Of a stretch of 64,000 bases of DNA, positions 28,932-38,006 are shown piece after piece. The notes under the pieces are model-generated. The model worked only from the letters and a program-made list of their open reading frames with translations, had not been told where the DNA came from and did not search any database. Where the stretch lies: contig JAEXRM010000045.1 in the NCBI GenBank assembly GCA_023440865.1, forward strand, positions 1,154-65,153, written 5' to 3'. Made by a program: the position numbers and the translations under genes. Source of the stretch: Bacillota bacterium. Lineage in GTDB: Bacteria; Bacillota; Clostridia; DSM-8532. Positions within the stretch are counted from its first letter, which is position 1. Every line of letters begins with the position of its first letter.

Positions 28932-30055
28932 GGCTGTGCCTCCAGATGGTCGTAGATCATGCGCGAGAGCTTGGCGATGTTGCGGCAGGCCGCGTCGAAG
29001 TCGACATCCGCGGTCATGACCGACAGCACGTAGGGCTGGCTTGCGAACACGATGCCGACGTCATTGGCCGTGCGTGTCTGGTTGCCGATCTTGTGGGCCA
29101 CCTTCACTTCCTTGGGCAGCTGGCCGTTGATGCGCTCGTTCCAGTCCGTGTTTTCCAGATAGTCGATGAGCTCGCCGGCAACGGCGGGATTCTCGTAATA
29201 GAATTGGTAGAGGTCGACCGCGACGTTCGCCATGTCGGCCGGGCAGGAGCGGTGGCGCTTGTCGTATTCGACCACGCCGCCCAGATCGCGCAGGTACTGG
29301 CGGATGTCCTCGATGTCGAGCAGCCGGATGATCATGTTGATGCCGCAGTTGTCGCTGTGGATGACAGAGTATTTGCTGGTGGTGCGCACGGTGTATTCGG
29401 TGCCGAACGGATCGCGCTGGATGATGCCGGTGCCGGACTCGAAGTCCTCCTGAAGATACGCAAGCTTCATTTCCGGATCGATCTCGCCGGCGGCGATGCG
29501 CTTCCACAGCAGCACGTTCATGGGAAACTTCGAGGTGGAGGCGGCGATGTACTGCTGTGTGTCATTGATACCGAAGCGTTCGCCCGTTGCCAGGTTCACG
29601 AAGGTCACACCATAGGTGCCCGGAAATGTGCCGATCATGTCGGAAACCTTCCGCCTGAGCGTGTCGACGTCGGCTCGCGCCGCAACCGAGGCAAAGGCAG
29701 GCATGTTCTCGTGGCCCGGCGCACGTTGGACGACATCCGGCGTCGGCGCGGGTGTCGGCGTGGGTGACGGCGTCGGCGTGGGCGACGGTTCCGCCGTCGG
29801 TGTCGCCGAGGGCGCGGCGGGCGCGGTTGCGGTGGCACCCGACGGGGAAGCGGCCGGCGTTGTGGCGGATGGGGAAGTGGCGGGCGCATCCCCGCTCCGT
29901 GCGAACCAGGTCGCGGGCTTCACAACGCCGGTGAGCAGGAGAACGAGAAACACAAGGAGCAGGAGAAGGAGGACGGACAGGACGCGCATGCCTGCCCTGT
30001 CCTTGCGGTATACGGCCTTTCTGCGATACGATGTGCTGCGGGTCCGGTGCTGCAT
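28928..30055 (-). CDS. Membrane-anchored class-A beta-lactamase-like serine hydrolase
   Basis: SxxK (STSK), SDN (HSDNCG) and a KxG variant (HKIGN) are present. The N-terminal Arg/Lys tail is followed by a poly-Leu TM segment and a PT-rich linker. The stop overlaps the next gene's ATG. Confidence 0.8.
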   Translation of the reverse strand: MQHRTRSTSYRRKAVYRKDRAGMRVLSVLLLLLLVFLVLLLTGVVKPATWFARSGDAPATSPSATTPAASPSGATATAPAAPSATPTAEPSPTPTPSPTPTPAPTPDVVQRAPGHENMPAFASVAARADVDTLRRKVSDMIGTFPGTYGVTFVNLATGERFGINDTQQYIAASTSKFPMNVLLWKRIAAGEIDPEMKLAYLQEDFESGTGIIQRDPFGTEYTVRTTSKYSVIHSDNCGINMIIRLLDIEDIRQYLRDLGGVVEYDKRHRSCPADMANVAVDLYQFYYENPAVAGELIDYLENTDWNERINGQLPKEVKVAHKIGNQTRTANDVGIVFASQPYVLSVMTADVDFDAACRNIAKLSRMIYDHLEAQP

Positions 30056-30148
30056 GGATTCTGCCTTTCCCGGCCGGGACACCTGCCACGGCCGCCCGTG
30101 CCAGGCAACCTGAGCGCGGGATGTATCCTTGGTTGGCGCCGGTCGCCG

Positions 30149-30190
30149 CCCTTTCCGATGCCGGCATGGGGATGCCGGCATCGGAAAGGG
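30149..30190. repeat. Perfect 19-bp inverted repeat with 4-nt loop
   Basis: CCCTTTCCGATGCCGGCAT-GGGG-ATGCCGGCATCGGAAAGGG lies in the divergent intergenic region between the hydrolase operon and rplU. No U-tract is present on either strand. Confidence 0.85.
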
Positions 30191-30263
30191 TGTGCGAAAT
30201 GCGTGCAAACTACTTTATTATACTTGTCCGTCCCCGTGCGGGCAACCTCGTTCGGATTGCGCG

Positions 30264-30292
30264 TTGACTTTCGACATTCCCTGTGCTATCAT
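30264..30292 (+). promoter_or_regulatory. Sigma-A type promoter of the rplU operon
   Basis: TTGACT (30264-30269), a 17-nt spacer, then TATCAT (30287-30292). Confidence 0.6.
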
Positions 30293-30299
30293 CATACGG

Positions 30300-30390
30300 C
30301 AACCGCTCTGAAGAGGGATGCATGTCTTGGGGCATGCGACGAAACCGGCTTGACGCCGTCCCTGCGAAGGCGAGATTGGTAGGAGGAGGT
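30300..30390 (+). promoter_or_regulatory. Structured 5' leader of rplU (possible L21-leader autoregulatory element)
   Basis: A leader of about 95 nt lies between the promoter and the RBS, with a GCATG-N8-CATGC hairpin. An L21 leader is known at this position in Firmicutes. I could not verify the motif without a covariance-model search. Confidence 0.3.
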
Positions 30391-30396
30391 GCAACC

Positions 30397-30708
30397 ATGT
30401 ACGCAATCATCGAGACAGGCGGAAAACAGTACAAGGTGCAGGAGGGCGACATCGTGTTCGTGGAGAAGATCTCCGCGAACGAGGGTGACGCCTTCGTGTT
30501 CGACAAGGTGCTGGCGGTTTCCGGCGAAGGTACGCTCAAGACCGGCAAGCCCACCGTCGACGGAGCTTCCGTCACGGCAAAGGTGCTCGCCCACGGCAAG
30601 GGAAAGAAGATCATCATCTTCAAGTACAAGGCCAAGAAGACCGAGCGTCGCAAGAATGGTCACAGACAACCGTACACCCGCGTCCAGATCCAGACGATCC
30701 AGGCCTGA
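30397..30708 (+). CDS. rplU: 50S ribosomal protein L21
   Basis: [18 protein letters not shown]... is a textbook L21 N-terminus. The RBS is GGAGGAGG. Confidence 0.98.
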   Translation: MYAIIETGGKQYKVQEGDIVFVEKISANEGDAFVFDKVLAVSGEGTLKTGKPTVDGASVTAKVLAHGKGKKIIIFKYKAKKTERRKNGHRQPYTRVQIQTIQA

Positions 30709-30715
30709 ACCGACC

Positions 30716-31045
30716 ATGACGAACGTCAGGGTCGACCGCCGGAGCGGAAAGGTCATCGGGTTTCGCATCAAGGGCCATGCGGGGGCGCACGGCGAAGGGG
30801 AATACGACATGGTCTGCGCGGCCATTTCGGGCATCACCTTCACGGCACTCGGCGCATTGGAGGCGATGTGCGGCATCGACACCCACACGGAAAAGGGCGA
30901 CTGCATCGACATGAAGCTGCCCGCCGTGCTGGAGGAGGCCGTCCGGTACAAGGCGGAAATCATCCTGGAAGCCATGGAAATTGGATTGAAGCAGATTGAA
31001 GCGCAGTATCCGCGGTACATCCGCACAGTTTGCAAGGAGGTGTAA
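30716..31045 (+). CDS. prp: Ribosomal-processing cysteine protease Prp (YsxB family)
   Basis: GHAG......D.VCAA.S motifs are present, and the gene sits between rplU and rpmA. Confidence 0.9.
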   Translation: MTNVRVDRRSGKVIGFRIKGHAGAHGEGEYDMVCAAISGITFTALGALEAMCGIDTHTEKGDCIDMKLPAVLEEAVRYKAEIILEAMEIGLKQIEAQYPRYIRTVCKEV

Positions 31046-31048
31046 CCC

Positions 31049-31324
31049 ATGATTCGTATCAATCTTCAGTTCTTCGCCCACAAAAAGGGCGTCGGCAGCA
31101 CGAAGAACGGCCGCGACAGCGAATCGAAGCGTCTGGGCGTGAAGCGCGCCGACGGTCAGGCCGTCGTTGCGGGCAACATTCTGGTTCGCCAGAGAGGCAC
31201 CCACATCCATCCCGGCACGAACGTCGGCATCGGCCGCGATGACACCCTGTTCGCCCTGGTGGACGGCAAGGTCAAGTTCGAGCGTCTCGACAAGACCCGC
31301 AAGAAGGTCAGCGTGTACGCGTAA
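31049..31324 (+). CDS. rpmA: 50S ribosomal protein L27 (with N-terminal propeptide)
   Basis: [30 protein letters not shown]. The 9-aa extension ending in FF-A is the Prp cleavage motif. Confidence 0.98.
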   Translation: MIRINLQFFAHKKGVGSTKNGRDSESKRLGVKRADGQAVVAGNILVRQRGTHIHPGTNVGIGRDDTLFALVDGKVKFERLDKTRKKVSVYA

Positions 31325-31403
31325 CGCGTCGAACGGCACGCACCATCGAGCGTACGGAAGAGTGGTTCCAGCCCGACAGCGGGCACAATCGACGGAATCG
31401 GGA

Positions 31404-31435
31404 AGGGCTGTCTCGCAAGAGGCAGCCCTCTGTTC
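31404..31435 (+). terminator. Weak hairpin/attenuator between rpmA and obg
   Basis: AGGGCTGTCTC-GCAA-GAGGCAGCCCT is followed by CTGTT. The U-tract is poor. Confidence 0.3.
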
Positions 31436-31452
31436 GTCACGGAGGAGAATCC

Positions 31453-32730
31453 ATGTTCATCGATCTTGCGGAGATTCATGTGAAGGCAGGCAACGGCGGA
31501 CCCGGCAAGGTGTCGTTCGCGCGTTTCAAGTACGTGCCCAACGGGGGGCCGGACGGCGGCGACGGCGGCAACGGCGGCAGCATTGTGTTCGAGGTGGATC
31601 TTGGCCTGCGCACACTCGTTGATTTCCGGTACAAGCGAAAGTACCGTGCGGAGGACGGGGGCAAGGGCGAAAACATGAACATGACCGGCCGGAATGCGAA
31701 GGACCTCGTCGTCAAGGTGCCGCGGGGCACCCTTGTCCGCGACAAGGAAACCGGCCTGATTCTTGCCGATCTTTCGGGTGAGACGCAGCGCGAGGTCATC
31801 TGTCGCGGCGGCAAGGGCGGCTGGGGCAACCAGCATTTCGCCACGCCAACCCGGCAGATTCCGAATTTCGCGCATCCCGGCACTCCGGGCGTGGAGCGGA
31901 CGATCATCCTCGAACTCAAGACACTGGCGGATGTGGGCCTGGTGGGCTTCCCGAACGCCGGCAAATCCACGCTCATCTCCGCCGTGTCCGCCGCCAAGCC
32001 CAAGATCGCGAACTACCCCTTCACGACCCTCACACCCGTGTTGGGCATCGTGTCGGTCGGACCGGGTGAAAGCTTCGCCATGGCGGACATCCCGGGCCTC
32101 ATCGAGGGGGCACACGAGGGCGTCGGCCTTGGCCACGCGTTCCTGCGGCACGTCGAGCGCACCCGTCTGCTGCTGCATGTGGTGGATGTCGCCGAAACCG
32201 AAGGACGCGACGCACTGGAGGACTTCGAGGTCATCAACCGCGAACTGGCCCTCTATGACGAAACCCTTGGGAATCGTCCGCAGATCGTCGTGGCGAACAA
32301 GGTCGACGCGGTCGAGGAGCCCGAGCGGCTCGAGCGGTTCGTGGAAGCCGTGAAGGCACGGGGGTTCGAGGTCTTTACGGTGTCGGCTGCCACGAGCGAG
32401 GGCCTCAAGGAGCTCGTGCGTCGGACCGCGGACCTGCTCAAGACCCTGCCCGAGATCGCAACCTTCGAGGCGGTCAGCCCCGAGGCGCTGCTCGCCGCCC
32501 AGGTGGCGCAAGCCCCGTTCGACATCCGCAACGAGAACGGTGTCTACGTCGTCGAGGGACCGTGGGTCGACCGGGTGCTCGGCACGATCAACCTCGATGA
32601 CGAGGAGTCGCTGCAATACTTCCAGCGCATGATGCGTACCGGCGGCATCATCGACGCGCTTTACGCCAAGGGCGTCAAGGAGGGCGACACAGTCCGCATG
32701 GGCGGCACGGAGTTCGACTTCATGGATTAG
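31453..32730 (+). CDS. obg: GTPase Obg/CgtA
   Basis: The glycine-rich Obg fold ([16 protein letters not shown]), G1 [10 protein letters not shown]3 DIPG, G4 NKVD and a C-terminal TGS-like OCT domain are present. Confidence 0.97.
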   Translation: MFIDLAEIHVKAGNGGPGKVSFARFKYVPNGGPDGGDGGNGGSIVFEVDLGLRTLVDFRYKRKYRAEDGGKGENMNMTGRNAKDLVVKVPRGTLVRDKETGLILADLSGETQREVICRGGKGGWGNQHFATPTRQIPNFAHPGTPGVERTIILELKTLADVGLVGFPNAGKSTLISAVSAAKPKIANYPFTTLTPVLGIVSVGPGESFAMADIPGLIEGAHEGVGLGHAFLRHVERTRLLLHVVDVAETEGRDALEDFEVINRELALYDETLGNRPQIVVANKVDAVEEPERLERFVEAVKARGFEVFTVSAATSEGLKELVRRTADLLKTLPEIATFEAVSPEALLAAQVAQAPFDIRNENGVYVVEGPWVDRVLGTINLDDEESLQYFQRMMRTGGIIDALYAKGVKEGDTVRMGGTEFDFMD

Positions 32731-32790
32731 GGTGCCGAGACGCGATACCCTTGCCACAGCGCGGCATTCGACCGCGGGAAAGAGAGACAC

Positions 32791-33117
32791 ATGCTCACCA
32801 GCAAACAGCGCAGTTATCTCAAGAGTCTTGCCAATTCCCTTCCCGCCTTGTTCCAGGTGGGCAAGGGCGGTGTTGGCGAGGCCATGGTCAAGCAGTTCGA
32901 CGAGGTGCTCGAGGCACGAGAGCTCATCAAGGCCAGTGTTCTGCGCAACTCGCTGTACAGCGCCAGGGAAGCGGCCGAGGAGATTGCAGCCGCGACCGGC
33001 GCCGATGTCGTGTCCGTGATCGGCAACCGGTTCACGCTCTACCGCCCGTCACGCGAGAACCCGGTCATCGAGCTGCCAAGCGACCGGCCGGCCCGGGGAG
33101 GCGCCCGCCGCAGGTAG
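32791..33117 (+). CDS. yhbY: RNA-binding protein YhbY (CRM domain)
   Basis: [15 protein letters not shown]...FQVGKGGV is the YhbY signature. Confidence 0.88.
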   Translation: MLTSKQRSYLKSLANSLPALFQVGKGGVGEAMVKQFDEVLEARELIKASVLRNSLYSAREAAEEIAAATGADVVSVIGNRFTLYRPSRENPVIELPSDRPARGGARRR

Positions 33118-33231
33118 CATGTCGCGGCGCGTGATGACCGGAAATGTCCGCCGTCGGATTCCGATGGCTGGTAAACTGTGCCCGCATGGCGTATGATGGA
33201 AAAAACCCGACATGCACGGAGGCACGGGAAC

Positions 33232-33693
33232 ATGCGCAAGATCCGCGTCATCAACGGTCCCAATCTCAATCTGCTCGGCCAGCGCGAACCGGGCGTCTAC
33301 GGCGCGAAAACGCTGGCGGACCTCGAAACGGCCCTCGATCTGGAAGCGGCCTCGATCGGCGTCGAGGTGGACTTCCACCAGTCCAATTATGAGGGTGACA
33401 TCATCGAAGCCATCCACGACTGCCGTGGGAAGGGCATCGAAGCGATCATCATCAATCCGGGCGCGTTCACCCACTACAGCTATGCCATCCGTGACGCGAT
33501 CGCGGGAACCGGTGTCCCCGCGGTCGAGGTGCACATCTCGAATGTGCATGCGCGCGAGGCGTTCCGGCACCAGTCGGTGATCGCTCCGGTCTGTCTCGGG
33601 CAGATCTGCGGTTTGGGATTCGACAGCTATTCGGCGGCGCTGTTCGTGCTGGCGCGCCGCATCACCGGCGAGGCAGGCGCCCTGCGGCATTGA
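33232..33693 (+). CDS. aroQ: 3-dehydroquinate dehydratase, type II
   Basis: INGPNLNLLGQREP.VYG, HQSNYEGDIIE and ISNVHAREAFRH are present. Confidence 0.96.
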   Translation: MRKIRVINGPNLNLLGQREPGVYGAKTLADLETALDLEAASIGVEVDFHQSNYEGDIIEAIHDCRGKGIEAIIINPGAFTHYSYAIRDAIAGTGVPAVEVHISNVHAREAFRHQSVIAPVCLGQICGLGFDSYSAALFVLARRITGEAGALRH

Positions 33694-33701
33694 GGGCGCG
33701 C

Positions 33702-34769
33702 ATGCTGGCTGTCCGCTCCCTTCTGGAGCGGTTCAGGCTTGACGGCATCCTGCTCTCGGGACGGCCGGCGACCGCCTGGCTGTCCGGATTTACCGGCAGT
33801 ACATCTTTGCTGCTCATATCCCGACATGACGCCTGGCTGGTTGTGGACTTCCGCTATGCGCTCGCCGCCCGACGGCAGGTCTTTCCCGGCATTGGGGTCG
33901 TCACCTTTGATGATGCTTATCCGGATGCGCTGGAACGTCTCCTGGCCCGACACGGCATCCGGGTCCTCGGCTTTGAGAGCGAAGCGATGACTGTCAGCGA
34001 GTACGATCGTTTTCGGGAGCGGCTGCGCACGCCATCGAGGTACCTCGGCATCGCGGGGGAGATTGCGGAATTGCGTGCGTGCAAGGATTCCGCGGAACTC
34101 GAAGCCATCCGGACGGCTGCCGGCATCGCGGATGCGGCATTTGCCGACGTGTTGCCGCTGATCCGCCCCGGCATGACGGAATACGCACTCGCGGCGGAAA
34201 TCGAGTACCGCATGCGGCTGCATGGCGCGCATGGCGTCGCCTTTCCGACCATTGTCGCATCGGGGCCGAATGCGGCGCTGCCGCACGCGGAGGTGTCGGA
34301 CCGGGCCTTCGGACCAGGTGACGCCATCCTGGTCGATTGCGGCGCGCAACGCGGCGGGTACCGTTCCGACATGACGCGCACCGTCTTTCTGGGCGAACCG
34401 TCCGAAGCGCTGCGGAACATCTACAGCATCGTGCTGCAAGCCCAGCGTGCGGCGGCTGCCGCGATCCGGCCCGGCATGACGGGCAATGCGGCGGACGCCG
34501 TTGCGCGCGGCATCATCGCGGAGGCAGGATTTGCATCGTGCTTCGGACACAGCCTGGGGCACGGGGTCGGTCTCGAGATCCACGAGGAGCCCCGGCTGTC
34601 CGTACCCTCGAAGGACGTGCTCGAGGCAGGCATGGTGTTCACCGTGGAACCCGGCATTTACCTCGAGGGCATCGGCGGCGTGCGCATCGAGGACATGGGC
34701 GTGCTGACAGGCGACGGCTTCCGCAGCTTCACCCGCGCGCCCACGGGCATCACGGTGCTGCCCGTGTGA
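33702..34769 (+). CDS. Xaa-Pro aminopeptidase/dipeptidase (M24B)
   Basis: Creatinase-like N-domain plus pita-bread metal ligands (DCGA..GGYRSDMTRT, HSLGHGVGLEIHE, VEPGIY, RIED). The position between aroQ and efp matches B. subtilis yqhS-yqhT-efp. Confidence 0.92.
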   Translation: MLAVRSLLERFRLDGILLSGRPATAWLSGFTGSTSLLLISRHDAWLVVDFRYALAARRQVFPGIGVVTFDDAYPDALERLLARHGIRVLGFESEAMTVSEYDRFRERLRTPSRYLGIAGEIAELRACKDSAELEAIRTAAGIADAAFADVLPLIRPGMTEYALAAEIEYRMRLHGAHGVAFPTIVASGPNAALPHAEVSDRAFGPGDAILVDCGAQRGGYRSDMTRTVFLGEPSEALRNIYSIVLQAQRAAAAAIRPGMTGNAADAVARGIIAEAGFASCFGHSLGHGVGLEIHEEPRLSVPSKDVLEAGMVFTVEPGIYLEGIGGVRIEDMGVLTGDGFRSFTRAPTGITVLPV

Positions 34770-34949
34770 AACGGCATCCGCCCCCATGCGGATGCCGGCC
34801 CCCCCTTGCGCCACACGCGGTTATCCAGTAGAATGTATGGGCGTGGGCAGACATGCCTGTTCTTTTTGTGTCCGCAGGTTCCCGTCGGAATCCGGCACGC
34901 CGGCCAGACGCCGGTCAACAAGCAACTGTGTGAGAGGATGGTTCCAAGT

Positions 34950-35507
34950 ATGATTTTTGCAGGCGATTTCCGGAACAACGTGACCTTTGAAATGGACGGA
35001 TCGGTCTTCCAGATCATCGAGTTCCAGCACGTCAAGCCTGGCAAGGGTGCCGCGTTCGTCCGCACGAAGATCCGCAATGTCATTACCGGATCCACCGTCG
35101 AGCGCACGTTCAATCCCACCGACAAGTTCGAGAAGGCCTCCATCAGCCGTCGCGACATGCAGTACCTGTACCAGGACGGCGACCTGTTCTACTTCATGGA
35201 CGAGGAAACCTACGAGCAGATTCCGCTCAACGCCGGCAGCATCGGCGACGCGCTGAAGTTCTGCAAGGAGAACGCCGTCTGCAAGGTCATGTTCTTCAAG
35301 GAGCAGTGCATCGGCGTCGAGCCGCCGACCTTTGTCGAGCTTGAAATCACCGAGACCGAGCCGGGCTTCAAGGGCGACACCGCCACCGGCGCGAACAAGC
35401 CGGCCATCGTCGAGACCGGCGCCACCATCAAGGTGCCGCTGTTCGTCAATGTCGGCGAAAAGGTCCGCATCGACACCCGTACGGGCGAGTATCTCGAACG
35501 CGCATAA
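34950..35507 (+). CDS. efp: Translation elongation factor P
   Basis: [43 protein letters not shown] carries the conserved KPGKG loop. Confidence 0.97.
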   Translation: MIFAGDFRNNVTFEMDGSVFQIIEFQHVKPGKGAAFVRTKIRNVITGSTVERTFNPTDKFEKASISRRDMQYLYQDGDLFYFMDEETYEQIPLNAGSIGDALKFCKENAVCKVMFFKEQCIGVEPPTFVELEITETEPGFKGDTATGANKPAIVETGATIKVPLFVNVGEKVRIDTRTGEYLERA

Positions 35508-35597
35508 GGCGCATGGGATGGCGGCGTGAAGACCGTCGCTTCCCGCAACCGCCGAAATGCATTGCGTTCGCTCCCCGCGCCCTGTATAATGAAAAAA

Positions 35598-35781
35598 CCG
35601 CGCACCCGTCCGGGCGCGCGGAGGGATGTGCCGGCCGGTGGCCGGGCCCTGCGCAATTCAGCGCCGTGAACCCCGTCAGGTCCGGAAGGAAGCAGCGGTA
35701 AGCGGTTCCCTGGGTGTGCCGCAGGTCTACCTGGTTGCCGACCGGTACTTCCCTCCGCACGCACAGGACGGGTGCTTTTTT
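35598..35781 (+). ncRNA. ffs: Signal recognition particle RNA (4.5S/scRNA)
   Basis: The conserved domain IV core GTCAGGTCCGGAAGGAAGCAGC is present. The 5' end GCACCCGTCC..GCGGAGGGA pairs with the 3' end TCCCTCCGC..GGACGGGTGC, followed by TTTTTT. The promoter is TTGCGT, 17 nt, TATAAT (35562-35590). The RNA lies upstream of dnaX, as in Bacillus. Confidence 0.85.
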
Positions 35782-35880
35782 GTGCCGGCGCACGCCGATC
35801 GGACGACGCGTTCTGGCCGCAGTCGTGCCGGTATGGTACACTGGTTCCAGCGCAAACCCGTTTCCCATGGAGGTGGGCTC

Positions 35881-37980
35881 ATGTCCCGTCTGGCACTTTA
35901 CCGCAAGTGGCGCCCCATGACGTTTCGCGATGTCGTCGAGCAGCGCCATGTCGTCGACACGCTGCGCAACGCCATCCGTTCCGACGCCATCGGCCATGCC
36001 TACCTGTTCTGCGGCACCCGTGGCACCGGCAAGACCACGATGGCGAAGATCTTTTCGCGCGCCGTCAACTGCCTCAATCCCCGGGAGGGCGATCCGTGCA
36101 ACGAATGCAGCGTCTGCCGGGGCATCCTCGACGGCAGCATCCTGGATGTGGTCGAAATGGACGCCGCCTCGAACAACAGCGTCGACAACATCCGCGATAT
36201 CCGTGACGAAGTGGTGTATGCGCCCGCGGTCGCCAAGTACAAGGTTTATATCATCGACGAGGTCCACATGCTGTCCTCCGGTGCGTTCAACGCGCTGCTC
36301 AAGACGCTCGAGGAGCCGCCGGACCGGGTGGTGTTCATCCTGGCGACCACGGAACCGCAGAAGCTGCCTGCAACCGTGCTGTCACGCTGCCAGCGGTTCG
36401 ACTTCAAGCGCATCACCGAGAATGGCATCGCCGAGCGTCTGGGTGAAATCGCGGGTGATTGCGGCATCACCGTGACATCCGATGCGCTGCTGTTCCTCGC
36501 CCGCCTGTCCGGCGGCGCCTTGCGCGACGCCATCAGCCTGCTCGACCAGCTGACCACGCTGGGGCGAACCGAGATCGACATCCGCGATGTGAACGAGATG
36601 GCGGGTTTTGCTTCCAACCAGCGCATTCGCGCGTTGGCCGGCGCGCTGGAGGCAGGCGACATCCAGGCTGCATGGCTGCAGCTTGACACCCTGATGCGAG
36701 AGGGGCGAGACCTGTCCCAGCTGTGCGTTCAGCTGCTTGCATGGTATCGAAACGTCCTGCTGTTGCAGCTTGGGGGTGATTCATCACCCCTGCTTGACAT
36801 CCACCCGGACGATCTTGCCGACGCGAAGGCCGCGGCCGTCCGGCTTGGGGGAGAGGAACTGGCCGCCTGGCTGCGCGAGTTGTCCGAGCATGAACTGCGG
36901 CTGCGCCGGACGGACAACCCGCGCATCCTCATGGAAGTGCTGCTGTTGCGGCTCTGCACGCGTGCCACGGGCCGTTCGGGCGTCACGCCGGCCATGCCGG
37001 TTTCAGCCGCCGGATCCGCTCTGGTGCATTCAGGCCCTGCCGGCGATCGTACCGGCGCTTCACGGGGAGGCGTGGCGACGCCTGCTCCGGTATCGGCACC
37101 GCCGGCTGTTCCATCCGCGGACACGACGGACGAGCGGCTGAACCGCCTCGAACGGCAGATGGCCGATCTTGTCCGGCTCATGGAAAACGGCACCGGAAGA
37201 TTTGTCGCATCCCAGGCTTCGGCAGCATCGCCGCAGCGCCCGGCCGCCTCCCGCGAATCGGCCGTTGCGGATGCCGGCACACGGAAGGTTTCCGCAGCGT
37301 CTGCCGCAACCATGGCAGGCGGTGTTGCAACCGCGTTCACGGCATGGCCGCGCATCATCGACGAGATCCGCCGCAGCGGTCCATCCCGTCCCGGCGGCAT
37401 GAAGCTGTTCGCCTACATCCTCGACACCGAGTGCGTCCAGGCTGGCGATGACCAGCTGCGCGTGGTTGTATCCCAGGATGATCTGCTCAAGCGCAAGGTG
37501 CTCTCGCAGTCCGACAGCCTTGCGATGATGGCGGAGGCCGCACAATCCGTGACCGGGCAAGCCTGGCAGTTCAAGATCATCGATCCGAAGGAGGCGGCGA
37601 CCCTGCGAACGGGTATGCCAGCCGCCAAACCGGCGGGTGAGTCACGGGCGTCCACCCGGGATGCGCCTGCCATTCCCCGTGCCACAGCGGAACATCCTGC
37701 GCCGGATGGTCGGCCCGTCGCGCCGACCGGACCTGGTTCCCGCATGGATGATGCTGCTTCCCGCCCCGATGATGCCGGTTCACGTGCTGCAGGGGCCCGG
37801 CAGGCACCTCCTGCTGATGCCGAACCGGGCAACGAGGGACTCTGGGATGGTCCCGGGGATGCATTCGGCGAAGAACGGATACCGAGCATCGCCTCCACAG
37901 GCGACGAGGCCTTGGACCGGCTGCTCGACTTCGGCCGGGAGACAGGCATTCCCATCGTTGTCCAGGATGAGGAAGGGTAG
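35881..37980 (+). CDS. dnaX: DNA polymerase III subunits gamma/tau
   Basis: LYRKWRPMTFRDVVEQ.HV, the GTRGTGKTT P-loop, the Zn module CNECSVC, the DEVH box and SRCQRF are present. The start at 35881 has RBS GGAGGTG. The C-terminal half is low complexity. Confidence 0.96.
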   Translation: MSRLALYRKWRPMTFRDVVEQRHVVDTLRNAIRSDAIGHAYLFCGTRGTGKTTMAKIFSRAVNCLNPREGDPCNECSVCRGILDGSILDVVEMDAASNNSVDNIRDIRDEVVYAPAVAKYKVYIIDEVHMLSSGAFNALLKTLEEPPDRVVFILATTEPQKLPATVLSRCQRFDFKRITENGIAERLGEIAGDCGITVTSDALLFLARLSGGALRDAISLLDQLTTLGRTEIDIRDVNEMAGFASNQRIRALAGALEAGDIQAAWLQLDTLMREGRDLSQLCVQLLAWYRNVLLLQLGGDSSPLLDIHPDDLADAKAAAVRLGGEELAAWLRELSEHELRLRRTDNPRILMEVLLLRLCTRATGRSGVTPAMPVSAAGSALVHSGPAGDRTGASRGGVATPAPVSAPPAVPSADTTDERLNRLERQMADLVRLMENGTGRFVASQASAASPQRPAASRESAVADAGTRKVSAASAATMAGGVATAFTAWPRIIDEIRRSGPSRPGGMKLFAYILDTECVQAGDDQLRVVVSQDDLLKRKVLSQSDSLAMMAEAAQSVTGQAWQFKIIDPKEAATLRTGMPAAKPAGESRASTRDAPAIPRATAEHPAPDGRPVAPTGPGSRMDDAASRPDDAGSRAAGARQAPPADAEPGNEGLWDGPGDAFGEERIPSIASTGDEALDRLLDFGRETGIPIVVQDEEG

Positions 37981-38006
37981 ACGGACGACGGACGCGGAGG
38001 GAGACG

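Noticed and set aside
35881-37980. Programmed -1 frameshift or slippery site in dnaX (A AAA AAG type).
   Set aside because: I saw no A-rich heptamer slippery sequence in the gene, so no claim is made about a separate gamma product.
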